Program-made: the position numbers and the translations under genes
Origin: an uncultured Clostridium sp.
GTDB taxonomy: Bacteria; Bacillota; Clostridia; TANB77; CAG-465
Assembly (NCBI GenBank): GCA_900553785.1
Contig: USES01000003.1
Location: 53-64,052 of the forward strand
Length of the DNA: 64,000 nucleotides
Direction of reading: 5' to 3'
Part shown: one piece after another, positions 8,937-19,267 of the stretch
Position numbering within the stretch: the stretch's first letter is position 1
Layout of the letters: the number at the start of each line of letters is the position of its first letter
Notes under the pieces: generated by a model
What the model was told of the DNA's origin: nothing
What the model saw: only the letters and a program-made list of their open reading frames with translations
Databases searched by the model: none

Positions 8937-9320
8937 ATGAAAAAAGCTGGGAGTACAGCTATAAGTGTTGCGTTAATAACAATAGTAGGAATAGTAGCAA
9001 TATGCGTGTTTATTGCATGTATATTAAATTTTATTACACCGCTTATATTACAACAAAAGCTTCAAGCTGTTGTAAATAAATACATGTATATTATAGAAAG
9101 GTATGGATATCTTACTGTGGCGGAAAAAGATGCCTTGGTAGATGAGCTTGAGAAAGACGGTTTTGATATATCTAGAATATATATAAGTTATCCATCTTCG
9201 AAACAGGCTTATGGCGAAAGGTTGGAGTTAAGTATTTCATATAAATATAATCCCATACCTGTTTTGGGCATGGAAGAAAGAAATATTAAGATATTTAAAA
9301 TGAGTTACTCTAAAACATAA
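8937..9320 (+). CDS. Small pilin-like protein (127 aa), Firmicute Tad-accessory type
   Basis: MKKAG-STAISVALITIVGIVAICVFIA N-terminus (a Gly followed by a hydrophobic helix). SD GGAGGA upstream. Last gene of the co-directional cluster. Confidence 0.4.
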   Translation: MKKAGSTAISVALITIVGIVAICVFIACILNFITPLILQQKLQAVVNKYMYIIERYGYLTVAEKDALVDELEKDGFDISRIYISYPSSKQAYGERLELSISYKYNPIPVLGMEERNIKIFKMSYSKT

Positions 9321-9892
9321 GAACATATACTACCAATAGCATCCTTTTCAAATAATAAATCTGCATTTTCTTTAATTATGCTTATTAAGGAATTTTTAGA
9401 GGAATACTTATCTGAGTATTCTGTTAAGGTGTAAAAAGTTTTTTTAAACTTTTCTTGGTATACTGTTTGTTTTGAGAAGTTTAGAAAGTAAACATTATTA
9501 TATATATAAAGTGTATTGTTTCCAACAAATAAGTCCTCATTATTACTTTGAATGGCAAAGTTAATTAGTTTTTCTACGTCGTAGAATGCGTATAGTTGAT
9601 ATGATGTACAAGAAAATTTAGATGTTACATTTAAATTTGAAACTTTATTATGTATTTTTGTTATAGTTACAATTAGTTTATCATCATGATTTACATATGC
9701 TTCTACTAGTAATTTTGTGTTATCCTGTAAAAATTCAGATGCAAAGTTTGAATTTTCTATTATATCAAAAAAGAAATTTTGTGCTTTCTTTTTCCCTGAT
9801 TCTATATCTCTAATAGTTATGTCTTTTAAACTCAGTTCTTCAACTGTTAATATGATTTTTAATGTATTTAGATTCAGCTTTTCAATTTTCAC
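9305..9892 (-). CDS. mecA: Adaptor protein MecA
   Basis: N-terminus MKIEKLNLNTLKIILTVEELSLKDI matches the MecA pattern M-IE-IN--T-KI. C-terminal LYIYNNVYFLNF...LTEYS block resembles the MecA ClpC-binding domain. 195 aa. Confidence 0.65.
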   Translation of the reverse strand: MKIEKLNLNTLKIILTVEELSLKDITIRDIESGKKKAQNFFFDIIENSNFASEFLQDNTKLLVEAYVNHDDKLIVTITKIHNKVSNLNVTSKFSCTSYQLYAFYDVEKLINFAIQSNNEDLFVGNNTLYIYNNVYFLNFSKQTVYQEKFKKTFYTLTEYSDKYSSKNSLISIIKENADLLFEKDAIGSICSYVLE

Positions 9893-9998
9893 GTCAAAAC
9901 TCCTTTCGATTTATATATTTTATGAAATATAATTTGTATAGGTTACATGTATATTATCTGCAATTTATTTGACATTTAACATAATTTTTGCATTTTTC

Positions 9999-10027
9999 TT
10001 GAAAAAAACAAGTCATTGTGTTATAAT
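9999..10027 (+). promoter_or_regulatory. Sigma-A promoter of the rpsF-ssb-rpsR operon
   Basis: TTGAAA-N17-TATAAT, followed by a leader of about 65 nt containing a 7-bp hairpin (CTCTTAA...TTAAGGG). Confidence 0.6.
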
Positions 10028-10095
10028 TTTTGTGTTAGATTCCTTGCTCTTAACTTTAGATTAAGGGCCATAAGACCAAGAGGAGGTGAAGAAAC

Positions 10096-10374
10096 ATGAA
10101 TTCATACGAAGCGGTTGTAATTTTAACAAGCAAGCTTTCTGAGGAAGAAACTCAAGAAACTATGAACAAAATTAAGGAACTTATTTCTTCAAATGGAGAA
10201 GTTGTAAGTGTAGATGAATGGGGAAAAAGAAAATTAGCTTATGAGATTAAACACGAAGAAGAAGGACAATATTTCTTATTCACATTTAATGCAGAAGCTA
10301 AGTTTATAAGTGAATTTGAAAGAGTTTTGAGAATTAATTCTCAAGTATTAAAACATATGGTAATAAAAAAATAA
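10096..10374 (+). CDS. rpsF: 30S ribosomal protein S6
   Basis: MNSYEAVVIL...VDEWGKRKLAYEI signature. Conserved rpsF-ssb-rpsR order. Confidence 0.95.
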   Translation: MNSYEAVVILTSKLSEEETQETMNKIKELISSNGEVVSVDEWGKRKLAYEIKHEEEGQYFLFTFNAEAKFISEFERVLRINSQVLKHMVIKK

Positions 10375-10431
10375 TTATATAAGAATATTTAAACAACCAA
10401 AGATAGGAAATAATAATAGGAGGTTGTAATT

Positions 10432-10851
10432 ATGAATAAATTTCAATTTTTAGGAAGACTAACAAAAGACCCAGAAACTAGGGTGATAGCAACAACAGGA
10501 AGCCAAGTGGCATCATTTAGTATTGCTGTAAATAGAAGATTTGTTGGACAAAATGGTGAAAGACAAGCAGACTTTTTTAACTTAACAGCTTTTGGAAAGA
10601 CTGCAGAGTTTTGTTCAAAATATTTTAAGAAAGGTCAACAAGTTTTAGTTGAAGGTAGAATTCAGAATAGAACTTGGGAAGACCAAACTGGTGCAAAAAG
10701 ATATTCTACAGATTTCATAGTAGAAAATGCTTATTTTGCAGACTCTAGAAGAGATGGTACAGATGCAGCTCAAATGGCACCACAAGTACCTCAATCTACT
10801 GATGCAGGAGATTTTATAACTATTGAGGAAACTGAAGAATTACCATTCTAG
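10432..10851 (+). CDS. ssb: Single-stranded DNA-binding protein
   Basis: OB-fold N-terminus (NKFQFLGRLTKDPE) and an acidic C-terminal tip ending EELPF. Confidence 0.95.
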   Translation: MNKFQFLGRLTKDPETRVIATTGSQVASFSIAVNRRFVGQNGERQADFFNLTAFGKTAEFCSKYFKKGQQVLVEGRIQNRTWEDQTGAKRYSTDFIVENAYFADSRRDGTDAAQMAPQVPQSTDAGDFITIEETEELPF

Positions 10852-10881
10852 TTTACTTTATAGAAAGGAGATTAAAATAAA

Positions 10882-11139
10882 ATGGCAGATAATAGAAAAA
10901 AATCAGCAGCAAAAGATAAACCTTTTAGAAGACCTAAAAAGAAGGTTTGCCAATTCTGCGCAGATAAAACTCAAGAAATAGATTACAAAGATTACGAAAA
11001 AATTAAAAAATTCGTAAGTGAGAAAGGTAAAATATTACCTAGAAGAGTTACTGGTACATGTGCTTTACACCAAAGAAAAGTAACAGAAGCAGTAAAAAGA
11101 GCTAGAACAATAGCAATATTGCCTTACACAGCTGAATAA
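10882..11139 (+). CDS. rpsR: 30S ribosomal protein S18
   Basis: KKKVCQFC...IDYKD...[17 protein letters not shown]...[10 protein letters not shown] signature. Confidence 0.95.
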   Translation: MADNRKKSAAKDKPFRRPKKKVCQFCADKTQEIDYKDYEKIKKFVSEKGKILPRRVTGTCALHQRKVTEAVKRARTIAILPYTAE

Positions 11140-11147
11140 TAATTTGA

Positions 11148-11178
11148 AAATAGATGGTAGTAGTATCATCTATTTTTT
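11148..11178 (+). terminator. Rho-independent terminator after rpsR
   Basis: Stem AAATAGATG/CATCTATTT followed by a T-run. Confidence 0.6.
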
Positions 11179-11334
11179 ATATATAAAAGCGGAGATTAAC
11201 TGCGAAAGCAAATGGTTTAAAATATATTGTTTGTGTAAAGTAATTTTACTAAGTAAGTCGCTTTTAATAAGTACTGCAACATTGACAAAATCTAGTGATT
11301 ATAGTAAAATATATGAGTATAAAAGGGTGAGATT

Positions 11335-13299
11335 ATGAGTAAAAAAATAGGAAAAAACAATAGATTATTTCGTGTAATAATTAATCCTATAGTTTATTTA
11401 CTAACAATAACTGCAATTGTAATAATGATGACAAATGGAATGAACAATATGATAGTTGCATTCGTAGCAATATTTGTTGCATTAGTTTATACTTTGTTCG
11501 TTATTTTTTACGATTTAAAACTAAGAAATATTCGCCTGCAGGAATATGAAATTGGCTTTAATGAATCTTTTGGAAAAACTGTAAAGCGTTTGGACATACC
11601 GGCTTTGTTTATAACAAAACAGGGTAAACTTATATGGGAAAATACTAAAAGCTCAGAGTTAGGACTTAAAGAATATTTGTCTGATATTGCTTATGAAGTG
11701 ACAAAGACAAGTAAAAAAGATATAACAATATTAACGGCAGGAGAAAACAAATATGCTATTCATGCTACGGAACTTGTAGTAGAAGATGAAGTTGGAATAT
11801 TTATAGTGCTAGTAGATGTAACACGCGAAAAAGATTTGGCTAGAGAGTTAGATGATACAAGAGCAACAATTGGTTGTATAGTAATAGATAGCTTTGAAGA
11901 GATAATGCAAGGATTGGAAGATATAGACAAATTTAATACAACATCTAAAATAGATAAAGAAATTGTAGAGTGGATATCAAAATATAACGGCGTTGTAAGC
12001 AAGATAGAAAAAGATAGATACGTTTATATAATAGATAAAAAGTATGTTAAAGATTTAGAAGATAATTCATTTGAAATATTAGAAAAGATGAATCATATAT
12101 CTGAAGATGTAGTAAACGTTCCTATTACTATAAGTATTGGTTTATCTTTTGATGATGAAACATTATATGGTAGATATAAGTCTGCTTTAACTTCATTAGA
12201 TATTGCTATGGGTAGAGGCGGAAATCAGGCAGTTATTAAAAATAATAAAAAATTTGATATATATGATGGTTCGGATATGCATATGGACAAAACAAATAAA
12301 GTACGAGCAAGAACTATTTCTCAAGCACTTAAGGACTTAATTGTAAAAAGCGAAAATGTGTATATAATGGGACACAAAAATTCTGACCTTGATTGTATAG
12401 CAGGTGCACTTGGAGTATATAAAATAGCTAGAACATATGGTAAAAGTGCAAAAATAATCCTTGATATAAAACACAATAATTCTGCAAAGGTGGTTATAGA
12501 TAGGCTAAAAGAAGATGCGGAGTACGAAGATGTTTTTATCGGGAAGGATGAATGTAAAAAGCTTGATACAGAAAATGCATTGCTTGTTGTAGTTGATACA
12601 CATAAGGAAAGCTATTTAGCTGTGCCAGACATATTTGGCGAATTTGATAAAGTTGTTGTAATTGATCATCATAGACGTGGACCAGAGTTTATAACTAATG
12701 CAATAGTGACGTACCACGAAGTATATGCATCCTCTACTGCAGAATTGGTTACAGAGCTTCTTATGTATTTAGATGATGTAAAGCTTACTGCAAAAGAGGC
12801 TGAAACAATATTTTCTGGTATTTTGATAGATACTAAAAACTTTACTTTTAAGACTGGCGTTAGAACATTTGAAGTGGCTGCTTACCTTAAAAAGATGGGC
12901 GTAGATATGACAGAAATTAAACAATTATTCCAAAACGATTTTGAAACATATATGGCTAGAGTAAATATTGTGAAAAATGCGGAAATAATAGACGGAAAGA
13001 TAGCTATTTCTTGTACTGATGAGCAAATGAAAGATATTTCTGTTATTGCAGCTCAGGCTGCCGATGAGTTGCTATCTATAACTGGTATACTTGCTTCTTT
13101 TGTACTTTGTGAAATGGACGGAGTTGTTATGATATCTGGACGCTCATTAGGCGATATAAATGTGCAATTAATACTAGAAAAATTAGGTGGCGGGGGACAT
13201 TTAACTTTTGCAGGTGCACAGATAGCAGGAGTGACTCTTGATGAAGCTCGTCAAAAATTATTAGAGGAAATAAAAGAATATTTCAGTAAGACAGAATAA
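11335..13299 (+). CDS. gdpP: Cyclic-di-AMP phosphodiesterase GdpP (YybT family)
   Basis: Two N-terminal TMs, a PAS-like region, a degenerate GGDEF region, a DHH motif (VVVIDHHRRG) and a DHHA1 motif (GGGGH). Conserved position between rpsR and rplI. Confidence 0.85.
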   Translation: MSKKIGKNNRLFRVIINPIVYLLTITAIVIMMTNGMNNMIVAFVAIFVALVYTLFVIFYDLKLRNIRLQEYEIGFNESFGKTVKRLDIPALFITKQGKLIWENTKSSELGLKEYLSDIAYEVTKTSKKDITILTAGENKYAIHATELVVEDEVGIFIVLVDVTREKDLARELDDTRATIGCIVIDSFEEIMQGLEDIDKFNTTSKIDKEIVEWISKYNGVVSKIEKDRYVYIIDKKYVKDLEDNSFEILEKMNHISEDVVNVPITISIGLSFDDETLYGRYKSALTSLDIAMGRGGNQAVIKNNKKFDIYDGSDMHMDKTNKVRARTISQALKDLIVKSENVYIMGHKNSDLDCIAGALGVYKIARTYGKSAKIILDIKHNNSAKVVIDRLKEDAEYEDVFIGKDECKKLDTENALLVVVDTHKESYLAVPDIFGEFDKVVVIDHHRRGPEFITNAIVTYHEVYASSTAELVTELLMYLDDVKLTAKEAETIFSGILIDTKNFTFKTGVRTFEVAAYLKKMGVDMTEIKQLFQNDFETYMARVNIVKNAEIIDGKIAISCTDEQMKDISVIAAQAADELLSITGILASFVLCEMDGVVMISGRSLGDINVQLILEKLGGGGHLTFAGAQIAGVTLDEARQKLLEEIKEYFSKTE

Positions 13300-13314
13300 T
13301 GAGGTGAATATATT

Positions 13315-13758
13315 ATGAAAGTTGTATTATTACAAAATGTAAAAGGTGTGGGTAGAGCATTAGATACAGTGGATGTGAGCGACGGATATGCAAAAAACTA
13401 TTTAATACCAAGAAAACTTGCAAAAGTAGCAAGTAATCAGGTGATTGCTGAAGCTAGTGGCCAAAAGTCTGCTATAGCATTTAAGAAACAGACTCAAAAA
13501 GAAGAGGCTATAGAGATAAAAAATAAAATTGAAGAAACTAGTTTAGTATTTAAATTAAAGGCAAAAAACGGAAAGTTTTTTGGTAGTATAACTTCTAAAG
13601 AAATATCTGAAGAATTATCTAAAAAAATAGGAACAAATATAGATAAGAAAAAAGTAGAGTTGGAAGAGCAGATTAAAACAGCTGGTGTATATAAAGCTCA
13701 AATTAAATTATACGAAGGAGTAATTGCTACGGCAAAGGTTAGGGTAGAAGAAGAATAG
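13315..13758 (+). CDS. rplI: 50S ribosomal protein L9
   Basis: MKVVLLQNVKGVG...GYAKNYLIPRKLA signature. Confidence 0.95.
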   Translation: MKVVLLQNVKGVGRALDTVDVSDGYAKNYLIPRKLAKVASNQVIAEASGQKSAIAFKKQTQKEEAIEIKNKIEETSLVFKLKAKNGKFFGSITSKEISEELSKKIGTNIDKKKVELEEQIKTAGVYKAQIKLYEGVIATAKVRVEEE

Positions 13759-13761
13759 TAG

Positions 13762-15108
13762 GTGTATAAAGTGGAAGAGGAAAAAGTAGTATTATCTAAA
13801 ATACCACCAAACGATATAGTAGCAGAACAAGCTGTTTTAGGTTCGATGTTAGTGGATACAGAGGCCGTTATTAAAGCTATAGAAGTTTTGCAGCCAGCAG
13901 ATTTTTATAGGGAAGATAATAGGGAAATATATGCTACTATGTTAGAACTATACGGTAGGGGTAAGCCTATAGACTTTTTAACTGTAAAAGAAAATCTAAA
14001 GCTTAGGGGGATGCTTGAAAAAGTTGGTGCAGAAGAATACTTATCCTCTTTGATAGACATGGTGCCTACAACATCTAATATAGAGGCATATGCAAAAATA
14101 GTTGAAGAAAAGTCTGTCTTACGTTCACTAATTAAAGCTGCAAATGATGTTATTGCTTATGGTTATGCAGAAACGGAAGAAGTAGATAAAATTGTGGACA
14201 TGACAGAAAAAAGGATTTTTGACGTTTTACAAAAAAGAAACACAAAAGGTTATCAATCAATTAAAGATGTATTGGTTGAATCTTTTGAAGAAATAGAAGA
14301 ATTGTATAAGTCAAAATCTAATGTATCTGGTATGGAAAGTGGCTTTAAAGATTTGGACTTAAAAACATCGGGACTTAATAATTCGGATCTTATACTTGTA
14401 GCAGCACGTCCTGCAATGGGAAAATCTGCTTTTGCATTAAATATTGCAACATATGTTGCAAAAACACAAAAAGTCCCTGTTATGATATTTAGTCTTGAGA
14501 TGTCTAAAAAGCAAATGGTAAACAGAATTTTGTGTTCAGAAGCGGCAGTAGATAGTATGAAAGTAAGAACTGGTAAACTAGATAGCGAAGACTGGATAAA
14601 ACTTGGAAAAGCAAGTTCAGAACTTGCCGAACTTCAAATATATATTGATGATACACCAGGTCTTTCTTCAGCGGAGCTTAGAGCAAAATGTAGAAAAGCT
14701 AAACTTGAAAAAGGAATTGGTATGGTAGTTATAGATTACCTTCAGTTAATGGAATCAAAGTCTAATACAGCATCAAGACAACAAGAAATTTCAGAGATAA
14801 GTAGGTCTTTAAAGATACTTGCAAAGGAACTTAATATTCCAGTTATTGCTTTGTCACAGTTAAGCCGTGCTCCAGAGCAACGTCCAGATCATAGACCTAT
14901 TTTGTCAGACTTGAGAGAGTCTGGTTCTATAGAGCAGGATGCAGATATAGTAATGTTTTTATATAGAGATGATTATTATAACCCTGAAACAGAAAAGAAA
15001 AATGTCGCAGAAGTAATAATTGCTAAAAACAGACAAGGTTCTACTGGTACTGTTGAACTTGCTTGGCTTGGCCAATATACAAGATTTGCTAACTTATATA
15101 ATGCATAG
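13762..15108 (+). CDS. dnaB: Replicative DNA helicase (DnaB family)
   Basis: IPPNDIVAEQAVLGSML N-terminal motif, Walker A ARPAMGKSAF, RecA-like core (VVIDYLQLM, ALSQLSR). Confidence 0.95.
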   Translation: MYKVEEEKVVLSKIPPNDIVAEQAVLGSMLVDTEAVIKAIEVLQPADFYREDNREIYATMLELYGRGKPIDFLTVKENLKLRGMLEKVGAEEYLSSLIDMVPTTSNIEAYAKIVEEKSVLRSLIKAANDVIAYGYAETEEVDKIVDMTEKRIFDVLQKRNTKGYQSIKDVLVESFEEIEELYKSKSNVSGMESGFKDLDLKTSGLNNSDLILVAARPAMGKSAFALNIATYVAKTQKVPVMIFSLEMSKKQMVNRILCSEAAVDSMKVRTGKLDSEDWIKLGKASSELAELQIYIDDTPGLSSAELRAKCRKAKLEKGIGMVVIDYLQLMESKSNTASRQQEISEISRSLKILAKELNIPVIALSQLSRAPEQRPDHRPILSDLRESGSIEQDADIVMFLYRDDYYNPETEKKNVAEVIIAKNRQGSTGTVELAWLGQYTRFANLYNA

Positions 15109-15122
15109 GAAGGAATATAGAT

Positions 15123-16124
15123 TTGAATTTAGTAGAAAAAGTTAAGAAAAACATACAAGATTATGATTTAATAAACGAAAAAGATAGCATAGTTGTAGGA
15201 GTCTCAGGTGGCCCTGACTCTATGCTCCTTTTGCATGTATTAAATATGTTAAAAGATGATATGAATTTTAAAATTCAAGTTGCGCATATAAATCATATGA
15301 TTAGGAAAGAAGCATGCTTTGATGAAGAACTTGTAAAAAAGTATTGCAATAAATATGATATTCCGTGTCATGTTTTAACAGCTGATGTATTAAATGAAGC
15401 ACGTATGCTAAAAATATCTACTGAGGAATGTGGCAGAAATATTAGATATGACTTTTTTAATAAAATATTGAACGATACTCATTCAAATAAAATTGCAGTT
15501 GCACATAATCTTGGAGATAATGCCGAAACTATGCTTCTAAACTTAATACGCGGAGCTGGACTAAATGGAATTTGCGGGATGAAGTTTAAATCTCAAAATT
15601 TAATTAGACCACTACTTAATATAGACAAAGAGAGTATAATAGAATATTTAAAAGAAAATAATATTGAGTATGCAATAGATAAAACAAATTTTGAAAACGA
15701 TTATACTAGAAATTATATAAGAAATGTTTTAGTGCCAGATTTAAAAAAAGTTAACCCAAATATTTTAAATACAATGTTTAGAATGTCGGATATATTAAAA
15801 AAAGATGAAGCTGCTCTTAAGAGTATTACGGATAGTAAAACATGTGATATTATTATTTCAGAGTGTAATGACAGTATACTTATTGACGTTAAAAAATTCA
15901 AAGAGTTAGACCACAATTTAAAAGGAAGAGTAGTAATGTGTATTTTGTCAAAACTACTTAATACTACTCAAGGAATTGAACAAATACATATTAAAGATAT
16001 AGTAAAGCTTTTAGATAATTGTATAACTGGTAAAAAGTATATAATAGCAAACAAGTTCTATGTGGAAATTGTGAAAAACAAGAAAGCAAAATATGTAAAA
16101 GCTACCACAATTGTTGAAAAATAG
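15123..16124 (+). CDS. tilS: tRNA(Ile)-lysidine synthase
   Basis: PP-loop motif VGVSGGPDSMLL. TTG start. Confidence 0.85.
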   Translation: MNLVEKVKKNIQDYDLINEKDSIVVGVSGGPDSMLLLHVLNMLKDDMNFKIQVAHINHMIRKEACFDEELVKKYCNKYDIPCHVLTADVLNEARMLKISTEECGRNIRYDFFNKILNDTHSNKIAVAHNLGDNAETMLLNLIRGAGLNGICGMKFKSQNLIRPLLNIDKESIIEYLKENNIEYAIDKTNFENDYTRNYIRNVLVPDLKKVNPNILNTMFRMSDILKKDEAALKSITDSKTCDIIISECNDSILIDVKKFKELDHNLKGRVVMCILSKLLNTTQGIEQIHIKDIVKLLDNCITGKKYIIANKFYVEIVKNKKAKYVKATTIVEK

Positions 16125-16170
16125 GCAATTGTATGTTAAATTATAATGGTTATTGGAGGAGACAAAATTG

Positions 16171-18033
16171 ATGAAGAAAACAGGACTAATAAGAAGCATA
16201 TTAAGTTATTTAATATTTATTGGAATAATAGCTTTGATACTATCTTATTTACAAACGAGTGTTACAAAAGAAATATCTTACACAACATTAATGAGTAAAA
16301 TTAGTGCAGGAGAAGTAAAAAGCATTGCTTTGTCTTATGATAAAACGAGTGCTAAGGTATTATATAAAGATGATCAAGTTGTAAGAGTGGTAGATATACC
16401 ATCTGCATCAGCTTTTATGGAGGCGGTAACAGATAAAATATCTTCTGGTGAATTTGATTTAACAGTTGAGGAAGAATCTGGTTGGGCAATATTTTTTGCA
16501 GCACTTCCTACAATATGTACAATTGTACTAATGTTAATAATTTTATTTGTATTAACTCAACAGTTGGGTGCAAGTAACGGAAAAATCAATAATTTTGGGA
16601 AAAATAGAGCAAAACTTTCAGACCCAAATTCTAAAAAGGTTACGTTTGATAACGTAGCGGGTCTTAAAGAAGAAAAAGAAGAGTTAGTCGAGGTAGTAGA
16701 TTTCCTAAAAGAACCTAAAAAATATAGAGATATGGGAGCAAGAATACCTAAGGGAATACTTTTAGTTGGTGGACCTGGATGTGGTAAAACCCTTCTTGCA
16801 AAAGCTGTTGCAGGAGAAGCTAAAGTACCATTTTTCTCAATAAGTGGTTCAGACTTTGTTGAGATGTTTGTTGGTGTTGGTGCGTCTCGTGTAAGAGATT
16901 TGTTTGATGAAGCTAAAAAAGTTAATCCATGTATCGTGTTCATAGATGAAATTGATGCCGTTGGACGTCAAAGAGGAACTGGTTTAGGTGGAGGACATGA
17001 CGAAAGAGAACAGACTTTAAACCAATTACTTGTTGAAATGGATGGATTTGGAACAAACGAAAATATAATAGTAATGGCTGCAACAAACAGACCAGATATT
17101 TTGGATCCAGCTTTGCTTAGACCTGGTCGTTTCGACAGACAAATAGTAGTAAGTGAGCCAGATGTAAAAGCAAGAGAAGAGATAATAAAACTTCATTCTA
17201 AAGGAAAACCATTTGCTTCAGATATAGACTTTAAAGTAATAGCTAAAAATACAGTTGGTTTTTCAGGAGCAGATCTTGAAAATATGACAAATGAAGCAGC
17301 ATTACTTGCAGCAAGAAAAAACAAGAAAACAATTGAAATGCCAGATGTAGAGGAAGCTTTAGTTAAAGTTATGATGGGACCGGAAAAACGTAGTAAAGTT
17401 ATTTCAGATAAAGATAAGAGACTTACTGCTTACCATGAAGCAGGACACGCAATTGTATCTAGATTTTTACAAAATCACGATACAGTACATCAAATCTCTA
17501 TAATACCTCGTGGTATGGCTGGTGGATATACAATGTATAAACCAAATGAAGATAAATCATACGCTTCAAAATTGGAAATGAAAGAACACATTGTATCACT
17601 ACTAGGTGGTCGTGTAGCAGAACAACTTGTATTAGACGATATAAGTACAGGTGCTTCTAACGATATAGAGCGTGCAACAAAGATTGCAAGAAATATGGTT
17701 ACACGTTATGGTATGTCAGAAAAACTAGGACCTGTAACGTATGGCGCAAATCAAGAAGAAGTATTCCTTGGCCGTGACTTTAATTCGCAGAAAAATTATA
17801 GTGAAGAAACAGCTGCTTTAATTGATGAAGAAGTTAAGTTAATAATCACAGAGGCATATTATAAAGCTGAAAAAATATTAAAAGAAAATATAGATAAACT
17901 ACATGAAACAGCTAAAGTCTTGATAGAAAAAGAAAAAATCAATAGTGAGGAATTTGATGCTATATTTGAAGGCAAGACAATTGAAAGCGTAAATGAGGAA
18001 AACAAATCAAACAAAGAAGATGAAAATAAATAA
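16171..18033 (+). CDS. ftsH: ATP-dependent zinc metalloprotease FtsH
   Basis: The ORF track begins at TTG 16153. The ATG at 16171 is better spaced from GGAGGAG. Two TMs, Walker A GPGCGKT, an SRH region and the zinc motif HEAGHA. Confidence 0.95.
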   Translation: MKKTGLIRSILSYLIFIGIIALILSYLQTSVTKEISYTTLMSKISAGEVKSIALSYDKTSAKVLYKDDQVVRVVDIPSASAFMEAVTDKISSGEFDLTVEEESGWAIFFAALPTICTIVLMLIILFVLTQQLGASNGKINNFGKNRAKLSDPNSKKVTFDNVAGLKEEKEELVEVVDFLKEPKKYRDMGARIPKGILLVGGPGCGKTLLAKAVAGEAKVPFFSISGSDFVEMFVGVGASRVRDLFDEAKKVNPCIVFIDEIDAVGRQRGTGLGGGHDEREQTLNQLLVEMDGFGTNENIIVMAATNRPDILDPALLRPGRFDRQIVVSEPDVKAREEIIKLHSKGKPFASDIDFKVIAKNTVGFSGADLENMTNEAALLAARKNKKTIEMPDVEEALVKVMMGPEKRSKVISDKDKRLTAYHEAGHAIVSRFLQNHDTVHQISIIPRGMAGGYTMYKPNEDKSYASKLEMKEHIVSLLGGRVAEQLVLDDISTGASNDIERATKIARNMVTRYGMSEKLGPVTYGANQEEVFLGRDFNSQKNYSEETAALIDEEVKLIITEAYYKAEKILKENIDKLHETAKVLIEKEKINSEEFDAIFEGKTIESVNEENKSNKEDENK

Positions 18034-18042
18034 AAAGCATAA

Positions 18043-18077
18043 AATATTCCTGTGCAATAAGCACAGGAATATTTATT
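18043..18077 (+). terminator. Terminator hairpin after ftsH
   Basis: 13-bp perfect stem AATATTCCTGTGC/GCACAGGAATATT. Confidence 0.6.
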
Positions 18078-18108
18078 GGCTTTTGACAGTGAATAGATTA
18101 CATAACAA

Positions 18109-18137
18109 TTGACATCGGTAGCATTGTGTAATATAAT
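18109..18137 (+). promoter_or_regulatory. Consensus sigma-A promoter of paralog 1
   Basis: Exact TTGACA-N17-TATAAT. Confidence 0.65.
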
Positions 18138-18186
18138 ACTTATGTTAAAAATTTAATTCCACCAATATTTTGAGAGGAGAACTAAA

Positions 18187-19095
18187 ATGGGAAATTTATA
18201 TTTACCGATGAAAGCAAACGAAAAACGGGAAATTATTGCAGCATACAATGATGGCATAGTAACAAAGAAGAGTAAAATTAGTTCTCATAAAGAAGTAATT
18301 GGGAGGTATAATGATAAAGAAATAGTAGACGCCTACTCTTCTTCCAATAAGCTTGTTGGAAGAATATACTTAAATAAAGGGTACATAGGAAATGCAGAAG
18401 TGCCGTTTGTTTTTGGTGATAGCTGTGGCAAGTTATATGTGAATGGTTATCATGTTGCAGATTTTGATGGTGACATGAAAGGCGCTATAGCTGCATATAT
18501 ATCCAATTATTGTTATGATGGCAAGAATGTTCAAAAGGAGCCAGTAAGACAAGTCAAAGAGCCAAAACCACCCTTAAAAGAGAAGCCGATGCCAGTACAT
18601 AAGGAGGAGCCAAAGTATCAAAAGAAAAGAATAGAAGAGATTCCTAGTATTTCAGAATCAGATACTTCAGCTGCTGGCGTTGGCATGATTTTTGTAGGAA
18701 TAGTATTTGCAGTTTTGTTCGTAGTTGCTTCTATTGGTGCCTCGATTATGTATTGGAAAGAAACAATTTTGTTTCTCATTACTTTTGGCCAAGCAAATCC
18801 GGACTATTTAGTGGACTTCCCTGATTTTTTTGTAGGAATATTCCCTATTATCGCAGCAATTATTGCTTATCAACTTTTAAAAGCTATAAAAACAGATGAT
18901 AAAAGCAAAACAAATAAGTATTGCTTAGGAATATTTTTGACATATTTAGCAGCTATTATAATTGAGGCAATTATGAATAAAGGAGACATTGGTGATATAA
19001 TCAGGGCTACAGTCGGCATCATAGTTATTTCCATTGTTCCGTTTGGAGTAATGTTTATTGTTTACTTGATAAATAGTAAACGTACCAGTAAGTAA
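18187..19095 (+). CDS. Hypothetical membrane protein, paralog 1 (302 aa)
   Basis: SD GAGGAGA. Soluble N-terminal domain of about 115 aa, a K/E/P-rich linker and four predicted TMs. Shares conserved blocks with the next gene. Confidence 0.6.
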   Translation: MGNLYLPMKANEKREIIAAYNDGIVTKKSKISSHKEVIGRYNDKEIVDAYSSSNKLVGRIYLNKGYIGNAEVPFVFGDSCGKLYVNGYHVADFDGDMKGAIAAYISNYCYDGKNVQKEPVRQVKEPKPPLKEKPMPVHKEEPKYQKKRIEEIPSISESDTSAAGVGMIFVGIVFAVLFVVASIGASIMYWKETILFLITFGQANPDYLVDFPDFFVGIFPIIAAIIAYQLLKAIKTDDKSKTNKYCLGIFLTYLAAIIIEAIMNKGDIGDIIRATVGIIVISIVPFGVMFIVYLINSKRTSK

Positions 19096-19102
19096 TTTAA
19101 AT

Positions 19103-19136
19103 ACACCCTGTACAATGTGTACAGGGTGTGTTTTTT
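19103..19136 (+). terminator. Rho-independent terminator after paralog 1
   Basis: Stem ACACCCTGTACA/TGTACAGGGTGT followed by TTTTTT. Confidence 0.7.
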
Positions 19137-19186
19137 ATATATAAGTTCATAATATAGTGAAAATAATGATATTGAACTTGTTTTGG

Positions 19187-19215
19187 TTGACAATAATCTT
19201 GAGTTGTAGTATAAT
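19187..19215 (+). promoter_or_regulatory. Consensus sigma-A promoter of paralog 2
   Basis: Exact TTGACA-N17-TATAAT. Confidence 0.65.
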
Positions 19216-19267
19216 CTTAGTATGTGAAGTTTAAATCCAAAGATAATTCTTGCAAGGAGGACTAATT

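Noticed and set aside
11144-11338. 64-aa ORF between rpsR and gdpP.
   Set aside because: It starts inside the rpsR terminator hairpin, has no SD, and has an implausible sequence. The region is better explained as the terminator plus the gdpP promoter.
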